Origin: Folioceros fuciformis
Lineage: Eukaryota
Direction of reading: 5' to 3'
Length of the DNA: 62,396 nt
NCBI GenBank assembly: GCA_049999805.1
Contig: JBNGIO010006328.1
Location: 93,626-156,021, forward strand
The first letter of the stretch is position 1. Each line of letters starts with the position of its first letter. The position numbers were made by a program, and so were the translations under genes. The notes below the pieces were generated by a model, which was given only the letters and a program-made list of their open reading frames with translations, was not told the DNA's origin and did no database searches. Below, piece by piece: positions 12,024 to 26,346 of this stretch.

Positions 12024-13553
12024 TCACACTGAACCTATCAGACCTTGAAGAGCAGCATTTGAGAAACCAATCGAAACACATATGCGAAGACTCTCCACCA
12101 TTTAAAATAAAAACCACGACACACTACCTTGATTCCCTCACAACGTCTACACGGCCTACATAGCCAGGTTGGAAAGGGGCTCCAAGAGGAACTGCCCCCA
12201 GCCTTTTCATTTCCCTCTCGATGATTGCATCCTTGGACCCACTTCCGTCCCTCCATCCTGCCCATGATGTGTCGTGCACGAAGTCCGGATACTTAGGGCT
12301 GCTCTGCGGAGGAAATTATCACGGTCAGCCAAAGGTGCAACCTGGAAACGAAACTCTACGAAGCCTATCCGACCAGCAGAGCAATCAGCTACCTTGTTCT
12401 CCCTGCTAACTTCCACAGACTCTCCCCAAAATGCTGCTCCTGCAACCCAGTTGCGTCAAAACACTACATAATCAAACCAGCAGCATCCCAGTCGTAGCAG
12501 CATGAACCCACCTCTCCTAATTCCCGATGTCGGGCTCTCCAGCGATCCCCGGAGACTTGACAGATGCCTGGACCATGTTCCAATCGTGCTCCCAGAATCC
12601 AATCTCTTTTGACTTAAGATCGATAAAATTGGATTCACGGCCAAGTCACCAGTTCTCTTCATCTGCGCTACATCGGCAATTTTAGAACCAAAACTGCCTG
12701 CGTAGTCATCTTACCACAATGCAGCATCCAGATCCGACAGTCGGGCCCATCAGCCAGCACGGAATGGAATTTAGAAGACCAGAATATGTAAACTCGTAAC
12801 CGCAGTTAACTGTACCACGAGAACGCTAAGGGAGCAGGTGCTCTTCTTCCTGGGCTCCTTCTCTTTGCCCGTCAAAGGATAGTTCACGCACCTTCGCTGG
12901 GCTTTCGCGCCCGCTGTTCCCCCATCACGCGGCGAGATCGCCGCCGTGGCACCTCGTTTACGCAATTTTGTGATGCCTGAGGAAGTAATTCAGCTTGCTT
13001 TGTGGATTTGACAACGTTTCCTGACCTGCTCACAGTTCGGCTTAGCTGGGCTGGATTGAGAGCATTTGAGTGAGTTTCAACCCCCTGGATCTTCCAGCCC
13101 TTCTACTTTTTGGAGCTTTCGGGGAGCAGAGGTTTCTGTCGGGGCTGAGTGTGTGTATACGACGACCATCGTAGTGTCCGAGTTGAATGTGATTGAAGTG
13201 TTGTAGAAGCACGAGGGGTGTTTGTCTGAGTTGCTGCAGGGAGCGAAATCATCGATTTCAGGTATCGTGGATTGCAGGTTGTGGGCAGCTCTCATGGGTT
13301 TCTGTCAGTCTCTCGCCGGGCGCGTAATTTTGTGATGTGGTCACCAGCTTTGGGGTTGAGGAATTTTGGTGGTAGTGGTTACGTTTCTGGTCCATCTGGT
13401 CGGTTTCGTTGACAAGGATTTGTGGGGGACAGCCTGGTGCAGGCTAGCGGTGTGGCGTAGGCTGGCTAGGAAACCTGGTGAGATAAGGAAGTCTTGAATC
13501 AGAAGACACCTCTCGCTAGATATCACTGCGCGTTCGACACATACAACACAGCC

Positions 13554-14733
13554 ATGACGGACATATTTGATGGCTATGAGAGGCAGTACTGTGAGCTGTC
13601 CACAAACCTAGCACGAAAATGTACGGCGGTGGTGACACTCGAAGGAGGTATTGCTTGCTGTATACTGTCTCCTTCTACCATAGCGTCACTTCAGTTTCAG
13701 GCTTTGCTTCACATTCTTTGTTTATCTAGACTGATGTGAGGCTGTTGAAAGGTATGATTATCGCCAGCTCAGCATCTTAGGTTGTAATCCATGTATGTGC
13801 ACAACTTGCAGAGCACAAGAAGCAGAAGCTTAAAGAGCTTAACGACGGGGTGCAAGACGCCGAGACTCTGGTACGGTGATGGCACTTACTTCCCACTCTT
13901 CTTGGTCGTGGAACAGACAGTTGGCTGTATCTTTGCATGGACGCGACCTATTTGGCTCAGTTCGGAACACTTGTGAGCTTGAGTTGTTCAGATCCGGAAG
14001 ATGGATCTTGAGGCTCGGAGCTTGCAGCCTACACAGAAAGCTGCTTTGCTTGCGAAGTTGAGGGAGTACAAATCTGATTTGAATAATCTGAAGCGTGATG
14101 CGAAGAAGGCGGCATCTGTCGATTTGTCATCATCCAGGGATGACCTCCTTGAAGCTGGCCACGCCTCTGTTATGAAGGTGCATAGCAGTTCTATCAGCAT
14201 TGTTGATTTTTCCCTGTCGTTGTACCAGTTGTAGCTGTCTTTCACAGGTGTAACTCTCTTTTGTGTACTCAATGCATCTGACATGTGGATTACTCACTGA
14301 CTCTGAGATGCTGCAGGCTTCAGCTGATCAGAGAGCTCAACTTCTTGCCTCAACAGACAGGTTGAACCAAACTAGTGACAGGATTAAGGAAAGCAAACGG
14401 ACGCTTTTGGAAACTGAAGACCTCGGGGTGTCTATTCTTCAAGATCTTCATCAACAACGCCAGTCCCTGTTGCATTCCCGAGATACTGTGAGTTTCGTTT
14501 CAGCTTCCTCTGATGTATGCTTGACGTGGTCTCGCATCGAAAATAGCCGTCTAACACAGATTTGTTCATTCATGCAGCTTCACGGGGTGGATGATGGCTT
14601 ATCAAAGAGTAGACAAATTCTAAATTCAATGGCAAGGAGGATGAACCGAAACAAATGGACCATGTGGCTCATCATTTCTGCACTCGTCTTCTCTATATTG
14701 TTAATTCTGTACTTCAAGTTCGTTCGGCATTAG
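13554..14733 (+). CDS. VTI1: VTI1-type Qb-SNARE (VTI11/12/13-like), 5 coding exons
   Basis: MTDIFDGYERQYCELS..., IRKMDLEARSLQP...LREYKSDLNNLK, SNARE motif LLETEDLGVSILQDLHQQRQSL and a C-terminal TM helix; GT-AG introns. Confidence 0.93.
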
Positions 14734-15296
14734 GAGCGGCCATTAATTTCTTGGGCGTCATCCTGCCAAGCATTCCACTCTAAAAGGTCACAGGCTCATT
14801 TGAATCAGGTCTTCCNNNNNNNNNNNNNNNNNNNNNNNNNNNNNNNNNNNNNNNNNNNNNNNNNNNNNNNNNNNNNNNNNNNNNNNNNNNNNNNNNNNNN
14901 NNNNNNNNNNNNNNNGCCCCGTGTATGATCAGGAACACATTGGTTCATGTGACAGTTAGTTGCTTTGCTCTTAATTCCCCTCTGCCTGATTGCTCTATTA
15001 GCAAATCTTGTTTCGTGGCTCGTGGGCAGCTGAAATAAATGCTTCCTCGTAGTCGGCTTGCTGCTATTAGCCAGTTGATGCCAAAACCTGTTATCTTTTC
15101 TGGTCATTAAATACTTGTACTTGTACATATTCAGTTGTACTTGTTCCTCCTTGGCATGTTCCAATTAGCTGAGCAGCTTCCCAACTAAGGAGAGAGAAGA
15201 GACAGGGCATTTCTGATTGAAAAGTAGACGGACGCGTGTGAGCACTGACCAGCTGCTGCTCTGTGTACGAGAAGCCCAAGGAGGCGGAGATGAACG

Positions 15297-16322
15297 TCAG
15301 TCAACATAGATCAAGTGGCACCCTTCATCGAAGGCATTCAAGGAAGTTTCTCCAGGAGGGTGAATATAGAGCTCAATTTGTTCACATCCTTGATCTCCGG
15401 CATACGCTGACGATGGTACAAGCAGAAATTCACCAGGCCTTTTGCCCCCTTGTCGAGCACATTGACAAACGCTTTGCATGAGTAGTCGGTTCCTTCCCCA
15501 ATTCACCCTCAGGTTGTACATGTAAGTCTCCTGGTTGCCTAAGTTCCCCACATAGCATAGATAAACAAGGCTCCCCAGCTCTTCCCTCTCTACAACAAAC
15601 AGAAACAACATGCCTGCAACCTTTAGGATGCGATGCCTGCTGCCATCCACGGGTAAACTGCACCATTTCGCTAGCTTAATATCCGTGGTGTGCACTTCAT
15701 GAGCATCTAGAAAGTGGGATGAGAGGTTTCTCATGGGTCCCGAGTGATCACATTCAGGTAAAGGACAAGCAAACGGTACAAAGTCGCATTCTGCCTCGTG
15801 AGCCTTCTTTCGCATGTACTTGAGCACCTTCTGGCATCCATACTCCGCATGCTTGCACCTCACATGTAGCGACTCAATTAGCTTTTCAATTGCCAGGCAT
15901 CGGATTTTGCCAGTAGACCGCCTGCAGGTGGGGCAGACGTTGTTCATCTTCAAGCAGCATCCTGTGCACGCAATATGCCCATTTGAGCACTGCAACCCAC
16001 AAAGGAAAGGGTACCATCACCCCACCGATCTTTCAGACTGCAATTCACAGAACATGAAGATGCGAATGCTCACAGAACAGAAAGCAAAGCAAAGCAACGA
16101 TACCTGGAAAATTGGTGGGCACAGAGGCTCCATACACACCCCGCAATCCAAAGTGTCTGGATCAAACAAGGCTGCAAGGGGCCCTTCATCTCCATCCAGG
16201 GCTGCCACCCCAGGTTCAAGTGCATCCAGTGATGGGTCTGTTCGGCACCTCTTTGAAACTGGTCTTGGAGCCTCGTCTGTTTCAACCTCGTCTACTGCAC
16301 TTTGCATTGCAAACCGCACCAT
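15297..16322 (-). CDS. SINA-like RING E3 ubiquitin ligase, 2 coding exons
   Basis: LDCGVCMEPLCPPIFQ|CSNGHIACTGCCLKMNNVCPTC is a C3HC4 RING split by an intron; it is followed by the SIAH zinc fingers CKHAEYGC...HEAECDFVPFACP...C...H. Confidence 0.92.
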
Positions 16323-16914
16323 CCTTTCTCTTTCTTCAAGATTTCAATTCACCACCAGATTGGGGCACCTGAAAGCTACGCGCAGATCTGTGATGTCCTT
16401 CGTATCCGGAAAGTCAAAGTCTGCAAAGCAGAATCGCTTTCCTCGCCAAAACCTACTACATATGATCGCTCATACGCCGTGTGGCACGGGATCCCTCAAT
16501 GTCATTATGGGATCTACATCCAAGGCCAATTTACCTCCCGGACTGTTCCTGAACCCTGTAGCAAGCCTCTTTTTACGCTTGAAATGCTCCAGATGGCATC
16601 TCATTTCACGTATGTCTCGTGCTTTGCTACAAATCGCAGAAGCGGACCCTCTGGCCCGGCAGCACTTTGGAGCTCCTTTGGCCTTCCATGCTTTCACCAA
16701 AGCAAAGCAGCGGAAACCGTTTGGAATGACACTCTGGATGACCCGCATTATTGATGTGGAAATAGCGGTTGAGAGGCAGGAAAACATAAGCCGGTCTATT
16801 ACCGCATCCGGAGGATCTGACCAACTGATGATTTTCCTCGCTGAACAGGAGAGAAGCACATTCTAGTGGGCGAGGAGGCGGCAATTCCAGAGGAGGAGAG
16901 CAGCAGCGGTAGAA

Positions 16915-19834
16915 ATGGCTGTCATTGAAGAGCATGCACATTTCAGGCACCTGACGGATTTTGCCAAAATTGAAGTAAATATAGAGAGGACCTGGCCCTC
17001 TGAAAGACCTAAAGTCGATAGGCAAATTCAGACAGGTCGAGTGCGCAAGGCCATAGCAGAGTGCCAGACGAGTTTTTCGCAACACTCGGTCGCTGTGAGT
17101 TTACCACCACCTCAGTTTCGTCCTGTCCATAGAGCTGGTTTTTTTATTGCTCCGTGGTGATTTGATCTGTGGTTTGAATGTTTTGAGTAGACTCAAACCT
17201 CATCATCAGGATGTTCCAGAAGTAGTCAAAGCGAAGATTTGGCTTTACAGAAGTCTCTGCCGTATATGACGAGTGTGTTGGACGCTGCTCTCCAAGAACC
17301 TTGTTTCGTGAACCTGGACTTCTTCTCAGGCATGTCCTTCGACCTTGTAGATGATTTCATTTGCCTGTATCCAGTGTGAAAAGCTTCCTTCTGATGTTTG
17401 TTTCCAAGTTCAGATTGTTTGGAGACCTTAGACGGTGGTGATCCTGAAGTACTGTTTGAGCTGACTCCTTCACCTGACGAGCCATGGTTGAGCTCTTTGG
17501 TAGTGACAAGCCTTTCATGGAATGCCACAGGGCGCTTGATAGCTGCAAGGTAACAAATGTGTCGCATGTTGTGGTCGTGGTTGTCCTCCAGGGACGAGAG
17601 TGAGGAGGCGTCCCTGAGATGGTCCGTTTTCCTATTTGGCATTCAGCTACGGCCGAAAGGATATGCTAGGATGGTGCCTGCATCCAGGTGCTCTGTGTGC
17701 GTGGAAAATTGACCGCAATTTTCAAGTTTCATGTGAACCTAACCTCACGATTGAACTAGATGTGAGATTGTGCTTGCCTCCGCTTACCTTTTATGTAGAT
17801 ATGGTGGCCTCAACCTCTGCTCTCCACCTTTTGTGACGATAGGTGATCCTCTCGGATGCAGAACTGTTTAATGTGCATAGCCTTCCATCCCAAGGAGCCC
17901 TATTTAATTGCTGGAGGAACTTACAATGGTAAATGAGTTCAAAAGTCAGAGCTTGTTTGCAGTGGTTGAAGGTATCTTTTTCTGCATCACAGACGGAGCC
18001 TTCAGCTTCTTTCCATTGTCACTTCAGACCCCTTGTCTGAAACTGTGGTTATGTGCTCTGCAGGGCAAGTGTACCTGTGGGACCTAAGCAAGGATGACCC
18101 TCAGCAAGCTTTATCTGAGATCAGCAGTGCATCTCACCTTGATCCTGTTTCTCAGGTAATTCTGTACAGACTTGTGTGGCACATGTTTCAAACTTTAGTA
18201 AACAGTCAATCAAATCACGTCCAATCAAGTGTCTCGACTTCGGTATGGTTTCTTCATCCACGAGTAACTCGTCAATTCTATTCTAAAGGTCGTCTGGCAC
18301 TGTCCTGAGCTAGAAGGCAACAAGCAAATTTCGAATGCGGAAAGGTTCCAAGTAAGGCTGTCCATTGTGGACAAAGCATCTCTCTATGTGTGGGCAAAAT
18401 TTTGCGTCACTTCGTGATATCCGGTCCTGGTCCCACATGCACAGATCGTCACAATTAGCACTGATGGACGCGTTTTGATCTGGTCAACAAGCAACCTACG
18501 TCGCCCTATCTATGGGTTACTCCCACAACCCCCTGTCCCTGAACGCTCGCTAAGTCCGGTTCCCTTCCTAGCTCCCTCTCATAAAGTGGAAATGAATCAG
18601 GTACGAGCTTCTCTACCCACGCGCGCAAACAAACGAGTTGTTGGAATGGGGAGGTGAGATATAAAGCACGGAGTGTGATTTGCACGCACTGCTTCCTGAT
18701 CTAGCTGGTGGGCCAGAATGGTACCAGGGTGGTATCATGCAGAGGATGAAGAGCAAATAAGAACCTCCAACCTGCATTCGTGTGAATCATATGTGATGCG
18801 TGCTGTCTGTAGGCACGTGCATCTCATTTTCCAGGAGGGAAGAGCACGGATCCTTTGTTGTTGGCACGCAGGGAGGCACAATTCACAGATGTCTTCTGCA
18901 CCATAACCCTCAGCTCATAGATGACTTCGAGCGGCAGGCGACTCATGGAGGTGTTATTTTATAAACTTCAGGGCCTCTGTTTCAGTCCTGTCCCTCAATG
19001 TCGTTTTTCTCTTGTGCTAGGGTGGGATCACAGCCTCACTCGCCGATGTTTCATCTTGCTTTTAGAGCCATGGAGAAGCATTGGGGTGAAAATGAAGTCA
19101 CCGATAAAGACGGAATACGAAGCCCATGTGGGTCCAGTTCATGCTGTGAACTTTTCCCCATTTCATCGATATGTCTTTATCTCTTGCGGCTTTGATGGGT
19201 TCATTGGCTTGTACAACACCCTTCAGGTATGGTAGTGACCGAGGGGTTTGAGAGATTTCTTGTTTCAGACACGTTCACTGTGGGAGTTGCCTGAAGGAAT
19301 GCCTCAAAACCGTGTCAGGAACGACCTCTCTTGCGGCTAGAGCCATCGGATTCGTATCTGCTCTGCCTCCAGTGGTCTCCGTTTCGACCTCTCGTTCTGG
19401 CTGTCGGAGCTGGGAATGGCTGTCTGTTTCTGTATGATCTTCAGGTAGGAGAGGGATCCAAGCTCGTCGTCACGGAAGCTATTACAACACGATTGTAGAT
19501 AACCCAAGTTTTGTTTCTCGTGATGGCATCAATGCAGAAAAGTTTGTTACATCCAAGGCACGTGATTCGCGTCAGGGAAGATGGGCAAGCTGTAGATGCC
19601 TTAGCTTTCAACAACCAAATCGGTCATTATTTAGCTGTCTCGGCCGGCACCAGCGTGAAGGTGCGTAAGGCTGTACAAAATGAGGGAACGTTTCTTTTAC
19701 AGCTGGATGCTCTGACCGACGCCTTTGCTTTGGTGCAGATACTGTTGTTGGGAATGTCTCTGATCAAAGAGCGCGAAACGGAGCGCAACAAACTAGCATC
19801 CTTGGCTCAGCTAACCGCGGAGCACTGGACATAG
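16915..19834 (+). CDS. WDR34: WD40 dynein-2 intermediate chain (WDR34/FAP133/DYNC2I2-like), multi-exon
   Basis: Exonic peptides SLSWNATGRLIAA|YGRKDMLGWCLHPGALCAW, CLMCIAFHPKEPYLIAGGTYNG|QVYLWD, STDGRVLIW, HVGPVHAVNFSPFHR and QWSPFRPLVLAVG match the WDR34 pattern; the first exon has WDR34-like xQT motifs. The 5' exon structure is approximate. Confidence 0.8.
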
Positions 19835-20077
19835 TGACGATGAGCAAAACTAGACGCATCTTCAGCGAAAACAAAGCTTGAGGCCCTCAAGTCCATGGAA
19901 TGATATCAGAAGACTCACTACAGTACCATTAAGTCATAGCATACACAGTTAACAAGGAGGCTGGAGGGCTGTACAACCAGCATTACCTCTAACGGGAGAG
20001 ATAAAACTGTGAGAAACGTCAAAGAGATTTACATTACAGATGTGAGGCTACGTCAAGAAGAAAACTTGGGGACGTAT

Positions 20078-21443
<1,366 letters not shown>

Positions 21444-21962
21444 GACGCTATCACGTTACGCTGTTTCCTTCCGCTTCTTGGCGAGGCCGAGCATCTTGGA
21501 CTTGCACGCGAAGACGACGCCTGCTCATTAACTTTCGCTACGCTAGCTCGGCATCTCCAGTTCATGTGCTGGAACTGCACTGGCTGTGATGTCGCATTCA
21601 ATTTGAACGCGAGCTCATCGGTACGTTCTCCCGCAGTCTCACGTACTTCTCATGACAAGTGGCCTCCCAATTCAGTCCCTCCACATGGCACTCTCCTCGT
21701 TTTCCACTAACAATTTTAGGACGAGTTTCTCCGTCGAGCCGGGACGTGGCATCAGCTCCGCATAAAAGTAGGTGGTAGGTACGTCGCATCACCTTCGGTC
21801 ACTCCGCCACCATTCCAAGAAAATTCCATCACTTCTGCACCACTACCTTCCACATTTTCAAATTTGTCACCACGAAACTAATCCAAGATACAAATATTTA
21901 TTACCACTAATCAAGCATCATCTTCAGCAATGCTTTTCCCAATCCTAGTTTTAGTTTTCTTT

Positions 21963-22080
21963 GAACATTGCGTATCCATTGTTGTACAAAGGTCATTGAC
22001 CAATGTTATTTTTAGGGTTTAGAACATTGCGTATCCATTGTTTTGCAAAGATCATTGACCAATATGATTTTTAGGGTTTT
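21963..22080. repeat. Two-copy ~59-bp tandem repeat, each unit ending in TTTAGGGTTT
   Basis: gaacattgcgtatccattg...cattgaccaat...tttagggttt occurs at 21963 and again at 22022. Confidence 0.8.
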
Positions 22081-22383
22081 AACTTTTTGTTAATCCATGA
22101 CATTTTGGGAGCACTAGGTAGTATTTGAGAATGATATTCGAAGGGACTAGTATCCTTTTGGCCCATTGGGTTGCTGCTCCAATCTTTGGAGTAGATAGGA
22201 CTTTCTATTTCCTTTTTAATAATAATAAAATACATCTTCTAGTTCTCCACACACCTCTCTTCTTTTTACAAATATGAGTATACTATCTATGGCTCATCGC
22301 TCACCTAATCCTCTACTCTAATAAAAATTTCATCACTTAACAGACCCATCTATACTCGCTAACTATCGATAACAACATCACGT

Positions 22384-22905
22384 CTAATTTTGGCCATCAG
22401 GCGGATCAAAATCATTGGGATCTAGAAAGGCTGTCATTCCTCCATCACCCTCAGCATTTCCAATGGAGCATTTGGTATCTCTCTGATCATCAATGGAATA
22501 GGCGATAAAACAAACATCTTTTATGCCCCAAGCAGACCGTTTATGGATGCAATGTTCTTCAAGCAAGCTCTGAGCTAGGATTGGAAGACATGCTTGACAT
22601 TGATCAGGATACAACATATCTGGGTTCCTCATAATACAACCGGCCTTAGCTCTGAAGTAAGAAGGCCATGCATATTCTACTTCGGAAGCATCAGGAAAAC
22701 TTAACACACTTTTCTCGATGACACTATCCACGCCTGCTCTAATCACTAGAATAATTGGGTCCACTGTCCACAAGTCTGCACCACATATATGTTCCACTAT
22801 AAGTCTTCTTCTATTTTGAGCACTAGTTTGTATAGAGAGTAAGAGGAGATAGACCAGTGGTATCATAAGACTTTGCCTTGCACAACTATGAACTCCTATC
22901 TTCAT
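22384..22905 (-). CDS. Secreted single-domain Gnk2/DUF26-like cysteine-rich protein (paralog A)
   Basis: Signal-peptide-like LMIPLVYLLLLSIQTSA, then AGC-x12-C-x2-C...C..KRSAWGIKDVCFIAYS resembling the DUF26 C-terminal half; clear paralog at 23849-24325. The start codon is inferred (the ORF extends to 22965). Confidence 0.7.
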   Translation of the reverse strand: MKIGVHSCARQSLMIPLVYLLLLSIQTSAQNRRRLIVEHICGADLWTVDPIILVIRAGVDSVIEKSVLSFPDASEVEYAWPSYFRAKAGCIMRNPDMLYPDQCQACLPILAQSLLEEHCIHKRSAWGIKDVCFIAYSIDDQRDTKCSIGNAEGDGGMTAFLDPNDFDPPDGQN

Positions 22906-23848
22906 TTTCACAATCAAAATATGCACCCTATAATTTTTTTGTGAAAGAGCATTGATCCGCATCATTTAATTCGACTTGTTGTCAAATCCTACTCACCTTT
23001 TGGTGACCTAAAGTACGAAAAATAAGATGCATGGTGATGAGAATGTGAAGAAGCCTTACATGTCTGAAGATTCTCATTCTAATATTCTAGAATGATATAA
23101 AATTATAATATGAAATTAAAATTATAATATAGATATTCAAATCTAATAGAAACAAAATTGAAAAACAAATCACATCCAAGATTTGGAAGGGTGTGTGAAT
23201 TCTTACAATTTATAAGATCATATAATTGAAATTTTATGAATAAATTAAATTGAAGGATATTCATAAAATTTTAATTATNNNNNNNNNNNNNNNNNNNNNN
23301 NNNNNNNNNNNNNNNNNNNNNNNNNNNNNNNNNNNNNNNNNNNNNNNNNNNNNNNNNNNNNNNNNNNNNNNNNNNNNNGGACTTAGGGTTTAAGATTTAG
23401 GGTTTAAGGTTTGTTGGCTACGTGGTATTTGTTAACCAATTATAAAAGGACAAGGGATTCAACATGTAAACATTTGTAATTGTATTGTTATAATAATCAA
23501 ATGTGATATCTTGGAAAAGAAGAGCTATTTTGAGTTTTCTCATAATATCGCACATAAATATGTGCAAGGATATTTAGGGTTAAGATCAAAAATTCCTTGG
23601 AATATTTTTTTTCTTAAATATGAGACATTGGTATCAATAAGCTATATTTATAAATCGTACATAGAATCGTATAGGAGAACAATGCACATTGGGGTGATTT
23701 AAAAGTATTAATAGGCCTTTTTTTATCATGAGTTGTGTGTATATATTCATCGTATGCTAATATAATTCGATAATTATACTTGATTGATTTTGATGTGAAA
23801 TGTGTGGTGGGACTTACTTGGCTTTGGATTGCAACTTGTAATACGATA

Positions 23849-24325
23849 ATGATATTTTCACGACAACACTTTCGATCCCAGATTTTTGTGATGCTTCTTT
23901 ACCTTAATGGTTGTTCGGAGGCAACATATATAACAATAAGAAGCCGAAGTCTTGAAGAGACTCCTGACATGCAGTACACATGTGGTGAGGATTTGTGGAC
24001 AATTGATCCAATTATTTTCGTCATCAGAACTGGCGTGGAGCTACTTATTGACAATGCAAGTTCAGCTTATCCTTCATCATATTGGTATCAAAATAGATGG
24101 CCGTCTTATTTTAGAGGATACGCTGGATGTACTTATGATCATGCAACATTAACAAACTCCCAAGATTGCTTTGATTGTTTAGAGGCTTTAGCAGCAGCAC
24201 TTCTAGAGAGATTTTGTAAACAAAAACGTGCTGCATATGCTGAGAAAAAAAGTTGTTTTATTCGATATACTATTGATGAACCTGATAAAGACGGTTGTCC
24301 TGTGGGAGGTAATATGAATCTGTAA
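23849..24325 (+). CDS. Secreted single-domain Gnk2/DUF26-like cysteine-rich protein (paralog B)
   Basis: IFVMLLYLNGCSEA signal-like segment; CGEDLWTIDPIIFVIRTGV...WPSYFRGYAGC-x12-CFDCL...C.QKRAAYAEKKSCFIRY aligns with paralog A. Confidence 0.7.
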   Translation: MIFSRQHFRSQIFVMLLYLNGCSEATYITIRSRSLEETPDMQYTCGEDLWTIDPIIFVIRTGVELLIDNASSAYPSSYWYQNRWPSYFRGYAGCTYDHATLTNSQDCFDCLEALAAALLERFCKQKRAAYAEKKSCFIRYTIDEPDKDGCPVGGNMNL

Positions 24326-25222
24326 GGTTGTGTATTTTTTACATATTTTAAGAAATATATTATTATTATTATTATATTAACTATGTATTTAGTGAGAATA
24401 GAATGAAATATTCACAGTAACCATGAAGAGCAAGATGCATGCCTAGTCTTTTCTCCATTCTTGTAGTATCCCACTACAATGTTCTTAGCAATATATAGAG
24501 TTGGAAAAGAATCACAAATTTGTAGGACTATGTTGCAACAAATAATGACAATATGCTGGTATTATTCTTGAAGAAAAGATGTTATTTTGTCACAGGCGTT
24601 GCGGACAATGAAAACAAGATCAATAGAATTGAATAACCATAAACATTTTTAAATTGGATGTATGATTTAAGTAAATAAAACAAATGACTCATTTTGTTGG
24701 GTGCCGGACACGGCAGGTAGGGGAGGCGAGGTTTTGTGTTTGTTTGGAATCAGGACACAAGAAACGTGTTTAATCACCATAGGAAAACACAAGCTGATTA
24801 ACGCGACTACCTGCACATGTGTCCCCAGGTTTGACTGAAGGTCTCGTTGAGGGTGACGCAGGTGAAGCCAAGCGCTATTCGTCACTACAAAGTAATTGAA
24901 GGCACGAAACCCGAAGCGCCAAGTCATCATGGTCGCGTCTTTGTTTGCATCATGTTAAGCGTAAAGTCACCGTGGTGTCCATGATCTGAGCTCTAATAAC
25001 AAAGTACCTGGCCATAACACATGCCGTTCCGGATCACTGTAATCTCACTGCAACGTAACCGTAACTGTTTGTATTCTAGCTGTATATAGCACAAATACCT
25101 TGTGCGAGTTACTTGACAACGCCTTATACCTCTCAACGCGTATCAAGTTACATTGTGTGGTTGCTTGTGTTTTGGGAGGACAGCATAGCAATGCGCACTG
25201 AAAGCAGGCTTCGTAGTGCACA

Positions 25223-25708
25223 ATGAGGATTGAACTCTAAGCGGTGATCGCTCAGTTGGAAGAAGATGAACCTATGCAACTCGATTATGTGCTGCTGTGC
25301 ATTGTTGTTGAGGATTATGATGAAGGCTCACATGTGTATCGAGGGTGTGTTACTTGTTACACAGCGATCTCCCCAAATGGTTGGTGCAAAAAGTGTAAGG
25401 AAGTTGTAAGTGGCAAGCTACATTATTGTTTACGAGTGCTACTTGCAGATTCAAGTTCCAAGACATGGGCAACCGCTTTTGCAGCCGGAAGGGATTTTAT
25501 GAGGTTGACTCCAGAGGAGTTCAGTATGAAAGAAGTGAGAGGAGAAGCCTCAACTTTGCTTAGAAGGTTGCAAGTAAGGCATTTCTTTTGCCTCTTCTCC
25601 ATTAAGAGAGCCACTGCTCACCACCCTGCAAGCGTTATTATTTTACGAGTTGATGCAATGTATGTGCAGGACTTGTTTCAACCATTTCAGAGCTATGGAG
25701 CACACTAG
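25223..25708 (+). CDS. Stand-alone RPA1 (RPA70) C-terminal OB-fold/zinc-ribbon domain inside the MULE
   Basis: DYV...YRGCVTC...WCKKC...HYCLRVLLADSSSKTWATAF...RHFFCLFSIK matches the RPA70 DBD-C pattern (DY..YxAC..C..CEKC..ILxVxIAD....WVTCF..RSFIFRVRVK). The ATG at 25223 is followed by an in-frame TAA at codon 6; the next ATG is at 25274. Confidence 0.75.
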
Positions 25709-26029
25709 CTAGACCACACCTAGGAAAACCATGTTGTGCTAACAGCCCAAGAACACCAAGCATTGAAGGTCTGTCCTTAGGTGTCCTGGACACGGCCATA
25801 CCCACATATTCTCATGCAAACATGAATTTACAACTAGCAAACAAGCCTTTGTCATTGTCTGCTACTCTTGTTATTTGCTCCTACTTATCCATAGTAGGGG
25901 CTATAGTGATAATGTCCTTCCCAACTACCACCCTTACCACTATTTCTCTCATACTTTGCCTTGCAAGCATTGCATTGTGCTGGCTTTTGTAAGACTTCCC
26001 CATGTTCTGTATTTGAAAAAGGAAAGATG

Positions 26030-26280
26030 TGGCTTAAAGTGGAAGCGTCTTTTGTCCATCCATGTAATAACAAAAATGGTATATGTACACACATTCATGA
26101 TTCTAGCAAGCAATAATGAAAACTACCTAGTTCGATATACCAATGCCAAATTTATGGCTTAAAGTGGAAGCATCTTTGTGGTTATCCATGTAATCACAAA
26201 ATAGTATATGTACACACATTCATGATTCCAGCTAGCAATAATGAAAACTACTTATTACGATATACGAATGCCAAATCTAA
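26030..26280. repeat. Two-copy ~125-bp tandem duplication inside the MULE
   Basis: tggcttaaagtggaagc...gtatatgtacacacattcatgatt...aataatgaaaactac...atgccaaat occurs twice, between the 3' ends of the two internal genes. Confidence 0.85.
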
Positions 26281-26346
26281 TAGAAACTATGCTTCAGGTT
26301 TGTATGTTCCAGAAGCTATATGCTGCATGAATGATCGCTCCTTCTT

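Noticed and set aside
15814-16866. 350-aa plus-strand ORF
   Set aside because: Antisense to the SINA gene and its leader; no domain features.
24861-24870. Alternative MULE boundary (AGCCA...TGGCT with a 5-bp GGTGA TSD)
   Set aside because: Formally possible, but a 9-bp TSD fits a Mutator transposase better; other copies are needed to settle it.
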